A program made the translations under genes and the position numbers. A DNA stretch of 64,000 bases, taken from positions 377,343 through 441,342 of the forward strand of contig JAPMXV010000001.1 of assembly GCA_026936335.1 (NCBI GenBank), read 5' to 3'. A model generated the notes under the pieces. The model did not search any database, had not been told where the DNA came from, and was given only the letters and a program-made list of their open reading frames with translations. This document shows, piece by piece, positions 1 through 13,200 of the stretch (position 1 is the stretch's first letter; each line of letters starts with the position of its first letter). The DNA comes from Mantamonas sphyraenae STR306. Its lineage: Eukaryota; Protista; CRuMs.

Positions 1-960
1 ACTGCAAGGGCACCACTTGGTTCTGCGCCTCATGCAGCTGGTCCTGCAGCTTGGCCTTGGCCTTGCTCGCTTCCAGCAGCTTCTCCTGCAGCGAGGCCAC
101 CTGCTCGTTCAAGGAATCGATTTCACTGTCCCGGCTGCTCAGGGTCACCGTCAGGTTGCGTGTCGACTTGTGGTGCTGGGCGGCTTCCTTCTTTGCCGCT
201 TCCAGCTCAGCCTCCTTCTCAGCCAGTGTGGCCTTAAACTTGGCTCGCACGGATGCAAGCGACGCTTGCGTGGCGTCTGAGTGGACACCATGCCACAGTG
301 GGTGTCAGCTGCGCTGGGGATTCGTGTGTTGTGGGCAAACACTTTGCGCCGACGCCACATGTGCTGCGCCGGAAAACGCGCGAACGAAGGAGGGGAAAAC
401 CTACCCTGGCCACTCTGGGCGCTCTTCACCTGAGCCACCTGCTCCTCGGCCGCCTGTGCCTTGGCTTCCGCAGCACGGTACTTCTTTTCCAGGTTCTCAA
501 ACAGTTGGTCTGGAGCGCAGCGACGCGTCCGGGGTGGACGCCCATGGGGTGTCAGACATGGCGCGAACGTCCTCGGCACGATCAGCGGCCGGGGCCGCGT
601 CTCTCTGCACGCTCCGAGTCCTCACGACGAGCCGCCAGGGTTACACACAGTCACATGTGTGCCCCCGAACTGCACATGACTCATCCGTGCTCCACTCACC
701 TGTGTTGAGCCTCTCGCGCTCCATGCTAATGGTCTGTTGCTGGCGTTCGTGTTCAAGCGCAGCCACATGGGCTTCGCACTTGCGCATCAGTGCAGCTAGT
801 TCGCTGCGCACCTGCTCATCCACCTTTTCCAGCGTCTCCTTGGTTTTGGCCGCCTCGGTCTCGCCAAGAAAGTCCAGCATCGCCTGCCTGGTGGATTTGC
901 TGGCGCGGTCGGTGCGACTCCCCGTGGCCACTCGATGTTGCACGATGTCCTCTGTCTCCT
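1..960 (-). CDS. Coiled-coil protein, multi-exon, 3' part runs off the window
   Basis: Minus-strand E/K/Q/A-rich heptad-like segments (MLDFLGETEAAKTKETLEKVDEQVRSELAALMRKCEAHVAALEHERQ; LFENLEKKYRAAEAKAQAAEEQVAQVK) with a GTGAG donor at ~699. Start uncertain (ATG at 880 or upstream). Confidence 0.5.
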
Positions 961-1057
961 TTGCAGGCAAGTGCAGGTGTGAGCGTCCATGCAGCTGAGC
1001 ACGGACACATGCCTGAAGCGTGCATGGGTCCGCGTGGCGAGCCAACTCTTTTTTGGG

Positions 1058-2025
1058 ATGGAAGGCGAAGACGTGGTCGACCTGCAGAACATCAACTCGC
1101 TTAGCGAGTCGATGACCCAGGAGTTTGTCACCATTGTGTTTTCGTTTCTGATTGACCAGCAGAGCAACGAGCTTGTCAATGCCATTGGCGAGTTCTGCGA
1201 CAACAATGGCATCAAGCAAAGTGCCCTGCGCTCGCTGCTCCGCGCCTCCATTCTGTACTTCAAAGCCGCCGTCAGCCAAAACACTCCCGAGAGCCAGCTG
1301 AGCAAGAGCTTGCAGTCAAACGGTGCGTCCCACCCATCCCTGAGACCCTCTCTGCATCCTGTACGGGGTGCCAACCCATCCACGCGTCTGCCCTCCCTCA
1401 CACCGATTCTGCCACTCCCGCCGCTTTCCTGCAACGCACAGGCGTCGACGAAGCACACACGGCAATCATCTGTAAATTGTGGAAGAGCCACTTTGTTGCC
1501 CTTTGTCGCGCCGTCATCTCAAAGACCCTCATGGTCAACAAACTCGTCGACATGGACTGGAAGTTTGGCGGTGCGTGCTCGACTTTTGCCCCTTTTTCGG
1601 CCGTCCGTGTTTTGTTGGCACGCCCTCAACAGCACCCACAGTTGCGAGTGTGCCCCCCACGTGTTGCCACAGAGTGTACAGCATCCGCATGTGCGGGTGC
1701 CTTACCAACGCTTGCTCTCCTGCTCACCCGCCTCGTCCATTCCCTTCTCCGGCGTCCCCTCAGTCACAGCAAGCTCTTCCGAGCTTGAGAGCTCCGGTAG
1801 CACCTTTTTGCAGCTCAAACTGTCGGTGCAGAACGGAAACAATACCGAGGATGTGTTTATGGGTACGTGCATCGTCTGCCTCTTGCGCCCTTGTTTTCTG
1901 TCCGCCTCGTTCACCCTTGTGCTCACACTGATCCATGCAAACCCTCTGCAGAGCTCACTCTGGACCAATTCTACCTGTTCCTGCGCGAGATGGAAACTCT
2001 CAAAGCGAATCTCGAGTATTTTTGA
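1058..2025 (+). CDS. COMMD7: COMM domain-containing protein 7 (4 exons)
   Basis: Spliced product ends ...KTLMVNKLVDMDWKFG|VTASSSELESSGSTFLQLKL...EDVFM|ELTLDQFYLFLREMETLKANLEYF*, the typical COMMD7 COMM domain. GT-AG introns at ~1323-1441, ~1571-1763 and ~1863-1951. Confidence 0.9.
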
Positions 2026-2040
2026 ATGAATCCGCACCCT

Positions 2041-2686
2041 TCAGCTCAGTTTCATTCCCGCCCCGTCGTCTTCGTCGCCTCGGCCGAGCCGGTAGCCCTT
2101 CTTCTTGTTGTCACTCTTTACGTATCGCAGCCGCTCCAGCTTCTCCTTCTTGCGTTTCTCCTCCCGTTCCTTCCACTGTGTGGCCTTTTCCTGCTCCAGC
2201 GCACGCTGCTCCACTTGTTGGCGCAGACGCACTGCCCGCATCTCGTCGTCCAGCTCGTTCCTTTCTTCTTCGCCTGGTTCATTCGCGCGTAATGTCCAGT
2301 GTGTGTGCGTGTGTGTGTGTGTTTGGTTTTGGTGAGCAAGGGATGCCGTGTGCCAGGCCGCTCTCCAACCTTTCATTCCGGCCGCTTTGCGCACGCTTCC
2401 GCCGTCGCTTCCTTGCGGCCAACCTACTGCGTTTATCCTTCCATGCAGCTCTGCGCTCTGCAGCAGTCACCATGCTCTCCTGTTTACGCTTGCGCTTCAC
2501 CAGAAAGTACGCCAACAGCAGCAGCAGCAGCACCTTGAACCCGTGTTGCTCCAAGAAGCCCGTCACCGAGCCTACAGCTGCCCACACGAAGCCCAGGTCT
2601 GGGCTGTGCTCCGGATCTACCTTGACATCCCCTGCACCGCCACCCACACTTCCATCAGCATTGACGCCGTCCACCAGCTGCGACAT
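2041..2686 (-). CDS. Selenoprotein S/VIMP-like single-pass membrane protein (2 exons)
   Basis: TM helix (FLEQHGFKVLLLLLLAYFLVKRK) followed, after a GTAGGT..CAG intron, by a SelS-like coiled coil (DEMRAVRLRQQVEQ...KEREEKRKKEKLERL) and a Gly-rich tail. Confidence 0.55.
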
Positions 2687-2781
2687 TGTCACTCAGTTTT
2701 TTGTGGCAACGGCGCACTCACAGGGACCACGTTCAGATGTACATTCCATGACGACAACACTCCTGGTCACTCACACCCCGC

Positions 2782-5700
2782 CTATCCCTTCTCCTTGAGG
2801 CGTCGGCAGCCTTCCCATCGCTTCGGGCACACATAGTCCGAGCGACCGATGTACTCCAGCAACACCAGCGCTGGGCCGTCGTCGCGACGCACCTTGAGGC
2901 ACCTCGTAAGCTTCTTCAAAGCCTTTCGCCAGTCGCCTAGAATGTAGGCGTCCACTGCTGAGCTGAACGCACGATTGAATGTCACCTTGTCCACAATCAG
3001 CTCATCGTCCGACACCTCCTCAAACCCTGTGTGGCTGTTGCTACTGCTCCTGCGTCGTGCAGCGCCTGTACCCTCCTCCTCGTCATGCAATCCAAACTTG
3101 GCCTTCAGCTCCGCCACCTTTTCCGTGTTTTGATCAAACGCAGGCATGCGGTGCGATAGCTCGCCCCCCACCGACACCCGTTTGCGCCTGTTCCGTAGCG
3201 TCGTCTCGTCTCGCGTCGGGCTCTGCAGCAGATTGTTGTTGGGCAAGAGCTTGCTGCCCGGTTGCAGCGAGCCCGTCCGCGTGCGGCTCGGCGCAAGCAC
3301 TGTTGGATCCAGGAACGACGACGCACCAGACGTTTTCCTCGACGTCAACATCCCCGTGGATGCCGTGCGGTCGCTCATGGGATTTCCCGTGTTCGACAAA
3401 GCCCCCTTGTGCGGCTCCTCCACTTCCTCGTCCTTCTCGTCCTCGGTCTCCTCGCCGTCCCTCGCCAGCTGGGTCTCAAACTCGTCCATCTCGGTCGACG
3501 ACGTTTCGCTCACAAGCTCCGACTCGATGCGACGCCTCACAGAGCTGCTGCGATCAAAGCGGTTGCCCTTTGTCTGTGTCTGCGCACCTGTCTGCGTCTG
3601 CACCTTGTGTTTGCCCTTGCGTGTCCGATCATCCAGCTTCCTCACCGTGCCCACTGCTGTTTCCACACAGTCCAGCGGGTCCAAATCGTACGTGTACAAC
3701 ATCAACGGCTTTGTGGCTCCCTTGAGAATGACACGGTCTACCTTGCGGCATCGCACCTTCATGTGCTGGGGCAGGAGCTTGTAGAACATGTGCGACATCA
3801 GCACTGGCACCCCGTAAATCTTGGTTGCGCTCTCCAGACGCGCGCTCAGATTAACGTGCGGCGACAGATAGCTCGCATCAATCTTAAACTTGCTGCCAAT
3901 GGCACCTTCCACTGCCCAGCCGCTATGCAGGCCAAAGCCCATGCGCGGCAAACCGCCGTCATCGGCCAGAAACTCTTTCAGCTCTGGGTTCCGTTCAATC
4001 ATTCGCTTCAGTGGACGCGAGCGCTCCAAGCGCCGATTCACTGCCTCGAACGACTGCAACGCACGCATTGCCAGCCGTTGTTTCTCCGACTCTAGATCTC
4101 CCCCGGTGATGGGCTTTGCTCCCAGCGTCAGCGGCGCCATCTTGCGCAGATTCTTCATGAAAAGGTTCAAGCCCACGCCGACCACGCCTGTGCTAGGGTC
4201 CACCTGCTTCATGCTTTGTGGCACAAACGTGCGCCCGTGTTTCTCGTCCGGCAACTTCCACACGTTCAGGAACGCGTCGCCGATGTTCTTGTTCGTCGAT
4301 CCCTCGTGTTCATACACACTCTCATGCACCAACTCCGCAATCAGGTTCACAAACGGCATCACGTCCGTCTGCAGAATCTCTGTGGCCCGTGTGAAATTGC
4401 GAATGTCGCAGAAGGAAAAGATGCCCACCACAATTTCACCGCGGCCCTTGGACAGAGTCGTCTTCCAGTCACCGCGCTCTGTCAGATTCTGCGAAATGAT
4501 GCGTGCGCCAGCCTCGCCAAAGCCAATCCGCACCAGCTCGCCCAGTTTGCGCACCATCACTTCCAAGTACCACTGTTCCTTGCTGCTTTTGTTGGCCCTC
4601 ACAGTGGCAAACGGATTCAGCGCAAGCTGCTTGATGGTGGCTGTGATGCGTTGCAGCGGTTGCCAGAACAGAACGTGGATGTCGCGGTTCAGCTTGTACA
4701 CACATACCCAGATGAACACGAGCAACAACGCATTGGCCACGATGCGGAACAGAGCAAACTGTTGGCTGCGACTCAGTCGCGACACCAGCATATACGTGGT
4801 GTTGCTCGACGTGGCTACAACCTGCACCTCGTCCAGCCGTAGTCTCCCTATCTCTGCCTGCTCCGACACCACGATCTGGTCGCGCACACGCAGGAACAGA
4901 ACATTCTCACTGTACATGACGTCCAGGTTGCCCAGGACCAGCTCTCGTGTCACGGTGCCGTTCAATGCCGCTTGCAGCTTCTCCATCAGCACGAGCGAGT
5001 TCACCTCACCCGGCCCGCGGTTGTTGGAAGCCACCAACAGCGCACCCCAGCCCACACCGTATACCACCAGGAACACCACCAGGGCAATCTTGCTCAACTT
5101 GTTCGAGTAGTGGCCTCGCACATCCTCCATCTGCTGGAACGACCTTCGCTGTGGCCGGTTCTGCAGCAATTTTCGCGTGTTGCCCTCGGTGGCCAGCGTC
5201 GACACAGCCGCCATGTCCATGTTCGTGGATGGCAACTGTGTCAACTGCGTCAACTGCGTCATTTGGGTCATGCGGGATTCGGCACGCATCACCGAACTCC
5301 GCCCTGCGTTGCCGTCTGTGTCCCACAAACTCATGCGCGGAATCGGTGACACAGATTGCCTGCCCGCCTGGATTGTCCGGTCGCCTAGCGTCGGAAGGAT
5401 GACCACCTCTCCGTCTTGTGTCGGGTCATCGCGGCCCTCAAACAGCACCATACGCCGACCACACATCGACAAACGCAACCCGTTCGGCCACAGACTCTGG
5501 AAAACGCTACTGATCTGCCTCGAACGGCCCATAAACTCTCCCAACAGCGCCAAACGGCCCGCGCGGGCCATGGAAAACGCCAAAATGTACACTGGGATGT
5601 CCACGGGGGGCGCAAAGAGCGCCACGGCAAAGTAGACTAGCGGTACGGCGCTGATGAGGTCCAGCCAGAAGTAAAGGGAGCGCGCGTAGCTCGGGTCCAG

Positions 5701-7760
5701 ATAGACGACGATGCACAGTTCGATGACAAACACGACGAGGAAGCCAAAGCCTGCGCCGTACACAAACACCTCGTCCCACTCCTTGGGCATGAACGCACGG
5801 GAGATGTCGTACGCATACACCATGTGCACAAACAGCAACCAGACAAGCGTGGTGAATGGCACTGATGTGTACAGGTACAGCATGACCTTGTCCAAGAAGC
5901 CAAGCTCGATCTCCACGTCCAGTACGTCTTCGTCCGCCGATTGATCGACGCCACTTCTGCCCTCGTCGTCCAATGGATCAATCTCGTCGTCATAGATATC
6001 TTCGTAGAGATCCGTGGGCACAGGCACGAGACTGTCCAGGATGTCTGTGACCTGGTGCAGGTTGCTGCTCACTCGCTGCCGCTGCCGAACGCTCGCAGGC
6101 GTCACAAACTTCATCGGGCCCACTGCGTCCACGTCTGAATTCAGAGGCTGCACCTTTCCGTGTCTCTTGCGAATCTCTGCCATCAAGTTGGCACGCACGC
6201 TCTTCTTGCGCGGCGACGGAGCCTCCTGCGACGATGCGCTCGAGCGACGGCGTGGGCTCAATGTCTGAATGGCCACCAGGCTCGGTCTGTGACGAGTCGA
6301 CTTGCTACGTTTGCTCAAGAAGCCACCGCTGTCTCCGCCTCGCTCCAAATCCTCGCTGTCTGTGCGCCGACGGCGCGCACTTGCAAGAGGCGAGTCCAGC
6401 GAGTTGCGAGCTTTCCTGTCTGGCATCGAATGCCGCAACACGCCAGCACCTGCATCTTGGGATTCCTGTGGTTTTACACTGTGTGTGGTTGGGTCGTTTG
6501 GGTGTCCCAGGATCCCGCCCTCGGCTGTGTGAGTGTTTTCGTCGCGTGTGTCCCACACCTTCCGTCTCAAAAGCCGCGCACGCTGCGTCTCATCTCACCG
6601 CACACTTACGCGCTGAACAACTCGTCGTCTTCGTCTTTGTCGTCGTCGATAAGCTGAAACTTGTCGTCAAAGCGCAGGCTGTACGTGCGCTCGGACTTTT
6701 GGTGACGCGGCTGCCTCCGCGGCTTGGGCTGCGTCGTGGCCGGGGCCGCGCCGGGCTGTCTGCTTGTTGTGGTGCGCCTTCCTGCAGGCGGGCTGTCCAT
6801 GACACTGTTTGTGAACGTGTGCGTGGTGTCGGAGAGCACGTCGTCGTCACTACCCTGTTGAGCCTCGCCGCCTGCAAGGTTTGCACCGCCTTCCAAGCCC
6901 AGCTCGTCCTCTTCGATCGATGCCAGTGCTGCAGCCGCTGTGCGTGGCGATTGCAAGTTGGACGCTGTAGATGAGCGTCGCCTTGGCGTAGTTTCGCCTT
7001 CCAGCAACTCGTTCCTGTGTGTTTCGGCGCTGTTTGTGTGAGTTTTGTGCGTTTTCGACGCCGTCCGGAGTCTCCCTGTTTGCACAGGACGCCTGTGCGC
7101 GTGAACAAGCCCCAATCCTGATATGAACTGCCTCACCACACGCACAACCACATCTCATCGCATCTTCAAGGACGCTGTCTTTGCCGCCTGCACTTACAGT
7201 CCTCCGTGTGCGGAAAGAGAGCGCCGAACGTTGCTGCCGTTTCCATCATCGCTCTCGTCCCTGCCTCTGCTTTTGCCAAAGGAGAATCGAGGGTTGCGCT
7301 CAAACTGGGAGCCATGCGACACAGAAGACTCTTGGGAGGCGACCGAATCGTGCGACTGCCGTCGTGAGTCTGTGGAGTTACCGCCTTCCTTGTTTTGCAT
7401 GGTGGTTGCCATCAGCGACGAGAGCAGCGATGAGGAGTTCATGCGACTTCGTCTGCGTGACGAATTTGATGCGACACCTGTGCTGGTGGTGCTACCCATG
7501 CTCCCACCACTACGTGCGCTGTTCTTGCCGTCGCTCCTGTCCACGCTGGCCTCGCTTCCGTGGCTGCGATCTTCGTCGTGCCCTTCTGCCTCCGATTGGG
7601 CTTCCATCCGGTATTTCTTCAACTGTTGATACGGGTCCTCCTCCTTCACTTCATCTTCGCCTCTGTCTGTCGAGCTCACACGCAGTGAGGGTGCGGACAT
7701 GGCCTCGGCGGGCGAGCCGACGCGCTGTGGCTCACCCTCCACATCTGAATCGCTCTGCAT
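2782..7760 (-). CDS. Ion-channel-domain/class III adenylyl cyclase with C-terminal TPR-like tail (ACalpha-type), multi-exon
   Basis: Multiple TM helices (FWLDLISAVPL; MARAGRLA), cyclase motifs FSFCDIRNFT, NKNIGDAFL, MGFGLHSGWAVEGAIGSKFKIDASYLSPHVNLSARLE, and tail AYILGDWRKA...DDGPALVLLEYI...WEGCRRLKEK. Upstream low-complexity ORFs (6606-7151, 7194-7760) end in GTAAGT donors and are inferred 5' exons. Confidence 0.85.
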
Positions 7761-7896
7761 GCTGCCACTCGCCTTGCAGGGTGCTCGAGGTATGTACAAC
7801 GGCTGGGTCAACGGTACCAGTGCACTTTCCCGTTGAGGTGGCTTGCTTTGGCACACAGAGCGCGTGGCCGCCCAAACGCCAGCGGCCGCACCACAC

Positions 7897-10146
7897 ATGG
7901 AGGACTTTGACCACAACGGCCACCTCATCCTGTACAAAGCGCGTGACGTGGTGGTGCGCGAAGTGCCGCAACGTCCGCAAGACGGCCATGTTGAGCAGAC
8001 ATCCGTCGACGTGCTGGTGCTCGGACAAGATGCAGACGAACAGTTTGATTTTCAGGAACTAGAGGAATATCTGAGCGAACGCGTACTGGTGGGTTGCATA
8101 CACATGCGGACACACAAATGCACCGGCGCCTGTGTGTGGTGGATCGTGCTCACATTGTTTTGCTTTCGCACAGCAAGAGCTCACTGGGCAGGTTGATCTG
8201 CACAGCGTCCGCTCGTTGCAGATGGAAGTGGACACGACAGAGAATACCCTGGACGTACTCGGCGAGCGCTGTCCCAATCTCTTTGAACTCAAGATCAACG
8301 ATAGTGTGCTGACCTCTATCAGGTACGGCGTGTTTTCACTTGGCCGCGCGCTTTCTTTTGCCAACCGTTGCAAGCGACGCACGGACCACGCCCCCTGCCC
8401 ATCTGTGATATCAGATACATACCATACGTCGTCTTCGAGTACCCCATCTCCACACATGAGCCCACGCCGCCCAGTGGTCCGACATCGCGTCTGTATCCCC
8501 GCGTACGTGCCAACTCACGCGCAACAACCTTCTCGCTCACAGAGATCTGGGCACCGGACTCGCCAACCTGCAAGTTTTGTTTGCTTCTCGCTGTCAACTC
8601 ACAGACCTTGACGGTCTAAGTGCATTTCCGGCGTTGAAGGAGCTCTACGTCTCCTACAACGATATCCGCGACCTCAGTTCGCTCGTGTACGCCGACCAAC
8701 TTGTGGTTCTGGACCTTGAATCGTATGTTGTGCACCTGCCCAGTTCATGCACACGCGCCCAAAGGCACACGTACCACACCTATTGTCTCTTTGTGCTCCT
8801 CGCACATCGTCCACTGACTCTCTTTGCCTCCCCACAGCAACCTGGTGGAGGAGTTTGACCACGTGGAGTTCCTGCTCAGTTTGCCTGCGCTCGAGTCTCT
8901 CACCCTGGAGGCCAATCCGGTGAACACGGTGGCCAACTATCGCGAGCGAGTGATTTGCACCCTTCCGGATCTGCGTATGCTTGACGGCGTGGCCATCACA
9001 GGTGACGAACGTGCACGTGCTGCGCTCAAGCTCCAAGCAGGCTCCAACTCCAGCCACCATGACACAGACAGGTCTGACAACGCCACAATGGCGTCATACG
9101 ACACGTTGGACGATGGCCTGCAAGATGACAGGGAGTTTTTGCGCCAAATGATGCAGGAACGTGCCCAGCTGGATGCGAGCATCAAGCACGCCAAACAGCT
9201 GGATCTGGATCTCAGGCCTGTGGGCGACGACGCAACTTTGACCTCTGGAGTCTGGCGTCCCACCACCGCGTCCTACCGCGACCGCGTCACATACCAGCAG
9301 GGTGCACCTGGACTGGACATCAGCGTGCGGCCTGTTTCGGCTCTCATGCGCGCACGCACAGCATCGGCACGTCCCACAACGTCTCTCGGCATTCGTCGTC
9401 CTGACACCCAGCGCGGTCGAAGGGCCAGTTCCAATTCGGGCCCGGGAGGCACCCCGCCGCGCAAAGTCCAAAGCGCCGTCGACGCTGCCAGTGTCCTTAC
9501 ACAGGGTTCTAGCGAGGCCTTTCGCGGTTCCCTTGTCAATAGCAGGCGTCACATTCCTTTGTACAGCAGCAACAGCAGCAACGAGAGCGGGGAGGATGAC
9601 GAAACAAGTTCCAGCTCGTCCAACGCAGTCAACACGGGCTCAGGCTTGAACAGGAGCTTCGATGCATCAACAACACACGCAAGCGATGATCAGGATCCCG
9701 TAGAAGAAGACGAGGTGGACGACAAGCGTCTACTGGAGGAACTACGCGCGTGGCAGGCATCGTACAACGAAAAGTTGGCAAAGCTCTCGGCGCAGTTTGA
9801 GGACCCGCATCGGCGCCGGCAACCACGAGAAGACGAAGACTTTGCCGAGGCTGAGGCATTCATTTTTGAAGACGATGATGAGGAGGAAGAAGACCCGGAA
9901 GGCGAAGACGAGGAACCGGAAGCAGAAAACGACGAGCAGAACAGAAACAATGCCGGGGACGAGAGCGTTGAAGATGCACACATGGGCACCAGCAGCACGG
10001 GAGGAGGAACCAGCGCACGGGGCGATGGACGGCAACGGCCCGCGAAACCGACAAAACCCAAGAAACCACGCGCTCCCAAGGCCATGCGCCCTCCACAGGG
10101 ACCCAGGCCCACTACCGCACCGGGAAGGAGGAGGTTTGCAGGCTGA
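7897..10146 (+). CDS. LRRC56: Leucine-rich repeat protein 56 (ODA8-like, ciliary dynein assembly), 4 exons
   Basis: Spliced LRR region LQELTGQVDLHSVRSLQMEVDT...LGERCPNLFELKINDSVLTSIRDLGTGLANLQVLFASRCQLTDLDGL...LVVLDLESNLVEEFDHVEFL...LTLEANPV matches the LRRC56 pattern, then a disordered tail. Confidence 0.85.
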
Positions 10147-10213
10147 AAGACGAATGCACAGTGGAAAGAGACGTCGCAATGGCAATGGACTTTTTCAATT
10201 CCGCTCACCTTCC

Positions 10214-13200
10214 TCAAAGCTTGGCTTGCTGCAGCAGCTTGAGCTCACGCTCAAAGCGCTGTGCAACTACAATCATGCCTTTGAACTTGAGACGCTTGGC
10301 CATGTAAGCCTTGGTGGAGTTGAGCTTGCCCTGACTCATGAGCACAAAGTCCTCGTCGCTCACTTCAAGGGTGCAGTCCACCTTGACTGGCTCGCCACGC
10401 GTTACACTGCCGCTGCCATTCTTGAGGTCCACAATCCAGGAGCGCTTCTCCTCACCATCCACAAGGATGCGCCAATGGATGATGCCACGCACGCGTTGCA
10501 CAAGGGCAGAGCCCTGGCTGCTGTTCAGCACCGAGCCTAGCTGTGCAAACAGGGCGTCGCTCTGCAAAGGCTCCTCGCCTTCGTGTTGCTCCATGGACTG
10601 GGTGTCCCCGTTGCCCTCACCCTCCATGGGCTCAATGGTGACTACCGCATTGGACAAGACTGTCGTGCCGCGCTCCTTGCACGAGCACGTAAACACAATG
10701 GTGTCTGGCGCCGTCTGCCACATGGATGTGATGATGGTTTCGCCAGGATACAGGTGCTTTGCAAAGCGCACCTTGATGGACTTGAAGCGTGCCGGGTCGC
10801 CGCCGCAAAAGGTGTCAATGATGTGCCGGCCAGCATATCCAAAGGTGCAGAGTCCATGAAGGATGGGTTTGTCAAAGCCACCCATTCCTGCCATCTCTGG
10901 GTCAATGTGAAGCGGGTTGTAGTCCCGCGAACCCAGACGGTAAAGAATGGCTTGGTTTGGCGCGGTGGCTTCCTCGACCACTGCGTCAGGCTTGCGCTCT
11001 GGAGGGTTGTTCACATTTGTGCTGGGACCACGAGGGCCATCAAAGCCACCAAGTCCACGAATGAACAGGGTAAACTGGTTGAACAGCACTTCGTCTCCAG
11101 CCTCGTCGCGAGAGATTGCATCCACAAGCACCAGCGCTCCGGAGCCCTTGTCGTATATGGCAGAAATGTGTGCGGTGGTCTCAAAGGTGCCCTTGACTGG
11201 GATGGGTTTGCGCACTTCCATGTACTGCTCGCCGTGCAGCAGCTGCATAGGGTTGAACTCAAACCCGTCCACCTCGAGCTCCGCGAAGCCCATGAGCGTG
11301 TCAAACGGAATGACCACGCCAAACGTGGGCAAGGCACGGAAGCCATCGTTATGAAGCTCATACACCAGACGCAGATCCTTGACGTTCATCGGATCCGACG
11401 CAGCGCCTGCTCCCAGCGCGTACAACGCCACGTCCATCTCGTCGTACGAAAACGTCTGCGCAGGCAGCTTCAGGCCAATCACATGCGAGTACGCGTGCGT
11501 TGGCTCTGCCGACGACGATGACGACGACGACGACGAAGCGGAGGACGACGAGGACTCTGCGTTTTCCGTGAGGCGCTCGATGAGCGGTCCCAGTGAGTCC
11601 TGCGGTGTCTCTGGATACGTCGGGTCCACGTCAAAGTCCGTCACCTCCTCCCAGCTCTCGGCCACCTGTTCAGGCGTCATCGCTCCTTTCAGATCGTAAA
11701 ACACCCCTTTCGTCCGCTGCCAGCGCAACTTTGACACAAACCCGGCCCCGACCTCAAACACCCCACCCGTCTCTTCGCAGTCTTCGTGACACAACCACCC
11801 CACAAGCGGTGCCACATACTCGGGCTTCAGTGCTGCAACAATCTCGGGCGGAAGAACGGTCTCCGTCAGCCGCGAACCTGCAATCGGTGCAATCGTGTTG
11901 ACGTGGATGTTGCGCGACTCGCCTTCCACAGCCAGCGTGTTGCTGAAGCCCAGCAAGCCCAGTTTGGCTGCGCTGTAGTTGGCTTGTCCAAAGTTGCCAT
12001 ACAGGCCAGCTGCGCTCGCCGTCATCACAATGCGTCCGTACTGCTGCTCTCGCATCACCGCCCACGCTGCCTTGGTCACTGAGTATGCACCACGCACATG
12101 CACCTTGTACACAAGGTCCCAGTCCACGTCCCGCATGCGTGCAAAGCTCGCGTCGCGCAGGATGCCTGCGTTGTTGATGACAATGTCCAGGCGACCCCAC
12201 GTATCCAGAGCTGTGGCCACCAGTCGCTCACCGTACTCCACCGAGTCGTAGTTGGCCACGGCCTCGCCACCCGCTTCACGAATCTCGTTCACCACAAGGT
12301 CTGCAGCACGCGTGGAAGCGCCTTCGCCCTTCATCGACCCTCCCAGGTCGTTGACCACCACACGGGCACCACGGCTGGCAAACATCAGCGCGTACGCCTT
12401 GCCCAAGCCACCGCCTGCACCTGTCACAAGCACAACCTTGCCGTCGAAGCGCACCTTGTCCGTGGCGCCGCTTCCGCTGAAACCTGAGAGGGCCGACGAC
12501 GAAGAGTTGGACTCATCGGGTGTGAGGCGCTCGATGAGCGGTCCCAATGAGTCCTGCGGTGTCTCTGGATACGTTGGGTCCACGTCAAAGTCCGTCACCT
12601 CCTCCCAGCTCTCGGCCACCTGTTCAGGCGTCATCGCTCCTTTCAGATCGTAAAACACCCCTTTCGTCCGCTGCCAGCGCAACTTTGACACAAACCCGGC
12701 CCCGACCTCAAACACCCCACCCGTCTCTTCGCAGTCTTCGTGACACAACCACCCCACAAGCGGTGCCACATACTCGGGCTTCAGTGCTGCAACAATCTCG
12801 GGCGGAAGAACGGTCTCCGTCAGCCGCGAACCTGCAATCGGTGCAATCGTGTTGACGTGGATGTTGCGCGACTCGCCTTCCACAGCCAGCGTGTTGCTGA
12901 AGCCCAGCAAGCCCAGTTTGGCTGCGCTGTAGTTGGCTTGTCCAAAGTTGCCATACAGGCCAGCTGCGCTTGCCGTCATCACAATGCGTCCGTACTGCTG
13001 CTCTCGCATCACCGCCCACGCTGCCTTGGTCACTGAGTATGCGCCGCGCACATGCACCTTGTACACAAGGTCCCAGTCCACGTCCCGCATGCGTGCAAAG
13101 CTCGCGTCGCGCAGGATGCCCGCGTTGTTGATGACAATGTCCAGGCGACCCCACGTGTCCAGAGCTGTGGCCACCAGTCGCTCACCGTACTCCACCGAGT

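Noticed and set aside
2041-2043. TGA as selenocysteine
   Set aside because: The context is not SelS-like, no stop follows shortly, and no SECIS was recognisable in the overlapping COMMD7 antisense region.
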